Origin: an uncultured virus (IMG/VR IMGVR_UViG_3300031758_000060)
Lineage: Duplodnaviria > Heunggongvirae > Uroviricota > Caudoviricetes
Strand: one strand, 5' to 3'
Virus record (IMG/VR): IMGVR_UViG_3300031758_000060
Length of the DNA stretch: 64,000 nt
The notes under the pieces were generated by a model. That model was not told the origin of the DNA, did no database searches, and worked only from the letters and a program-made list of their open reading frames with translations. The position numbers were made by a program, and so were the translations under genes. Position 1 is the stretch's first letter, and each line of letters begins with the position of its first letter. Below, piece after piece: positions 63,399 to 64,000 of the stretch.

Positions 63399-64000
63399 TC
63401 AGATCAAAGAGCGCCTGACGGTGACCTCGGTGACGCGCCCGATGATGCGCACACCCTCCTGCAGGCGCACGGTGGGCCAGCGCGCATCGTCGGCCACGAG
63501 CAACTGATTCCCGCCGTCGGTGACCAGTCGGCGCATGACGGGTTCCCCGGCCCTGGAGACGGCCGCGAACACGATGGAGTTCGGCGGTGTAGGGTGCGAC
63601 TTGGACACCACAGCGTAGGCCCCCGACGGGCACGCGCTGGTGAGCGCATCGCTGGCCACAAGCACGCCGGCCGCTGTGTGGGGCGGATAGGCGATCGCCG
63701 TCTGCAGCAGTTCGGTAACCGCCTCCCAGCGCCACTTCAAGAGGGAAGAGGCCGGCACCACGGGCACAGTCCACAGCGGCGGGCCGGTGCGCTTGACCTT
63801 GGAGGGTGGCATTACATCCACGCCCAGCAGCCAGTCGGTGGACACGCCGAACCACTCGGACAAGCGCGCCAGTTCCCCGGGCCGCGGCTCGGTCTTGCAC
63901 TTCTCCCACAAGTTGATTGCCGAGGGCGACAAACCCATCCGCTTGGCGACGTCACGCTGCGTGGGCGTGGGGTACAGCGCGAGCCGTGCCGCTCTGATGC
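63399..64000 (-). CDS. CI-like repressor (XRE HTH + degenerate S24 domain), 5'-truncated
   Basis: Frame open to the window end: IRAAR...TQRDVAKRMGLSPSAINLWE...P...L..L...FGVSTDWLL; C-terminal RIIGRV. Confidence 0.8.
   Translation of the reverse strand, partial: IRAARLALYPTPTQRDVAKRMGLSPSAINLWEKCKTEPRPGELARLSEWFGVSTDWLLGVDVMPPSKVKRTGPPLWTVPVVPASSLLKWRWEAVTELLQTAIAYPPHTAAGVLVASDALTSACPSGAYAVVSKSHPTPPNSIVFAAVSRAGEPVMRRLVTDGGNQLLVADDARWPTVRLQEGVRIIGRVTEVTVRRSLI

Larger units (their letters stand above)
1..64000. mobile_element. Temperate-type podovirus-like bacteriophage genome (non-integrated form, attP intact)
   Basis: Continuous phage modules (replication, lysis, terminase, portal, capsid, tail, ejection proteins, integrase, repressor); phage genes lie on both sides of the tRNA-derived att core; no host housekeeping genes. 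Confidence 0.95.

Overview
The whole 64 kb window is one GC-rich, temperate-type tailed phage genome, probably most of it, with a podovirus-like gene set. No host chromosomal genes are visible. Order along the window: (1) end of a rightward early/middle operon finishing in a primase-polymerase/helicase (1-4470); (2) a leftward operon of about 15 small genes including a RadC/JAB protein (4494-9323); (3) an AT-rich, iteron-bearing non-coding region (9324-9890); (4) VRR-NUC, HTH and DUF6378-like genes, then holin-like gene and lysozyme; (5) P22-like terminase and portal, scaffold, N4-gp56-type capsid, adaptor, tail and fibre genes; (6) ejection proteins, including a 3458-aa DarB-like methyltransferase/helicase polyvalent protein (42682-53058); (7) an intact attP carrying the 3' half of tRNA-Arg(ACG), with integrase and excisionase; (8) a leftward recombination/nucleotide-metabolism operon with two free-standing homing endonucleases; (9) a CI-like repressor cut by the window end. 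The most notable observations are out-of-frame genes with their own ribosome-binding sites nested in low-complexity linkers of the ejection proteins (above all 44282-44686), an 8-gene cassette splitting the ejection locus, a repressor lacking autocleavage residues, and repeated structured leaders. A Burkholderiales-like host is an inference from GC content and the tRNA fragment. All family assignments are motif recognition by eye, not database searches.
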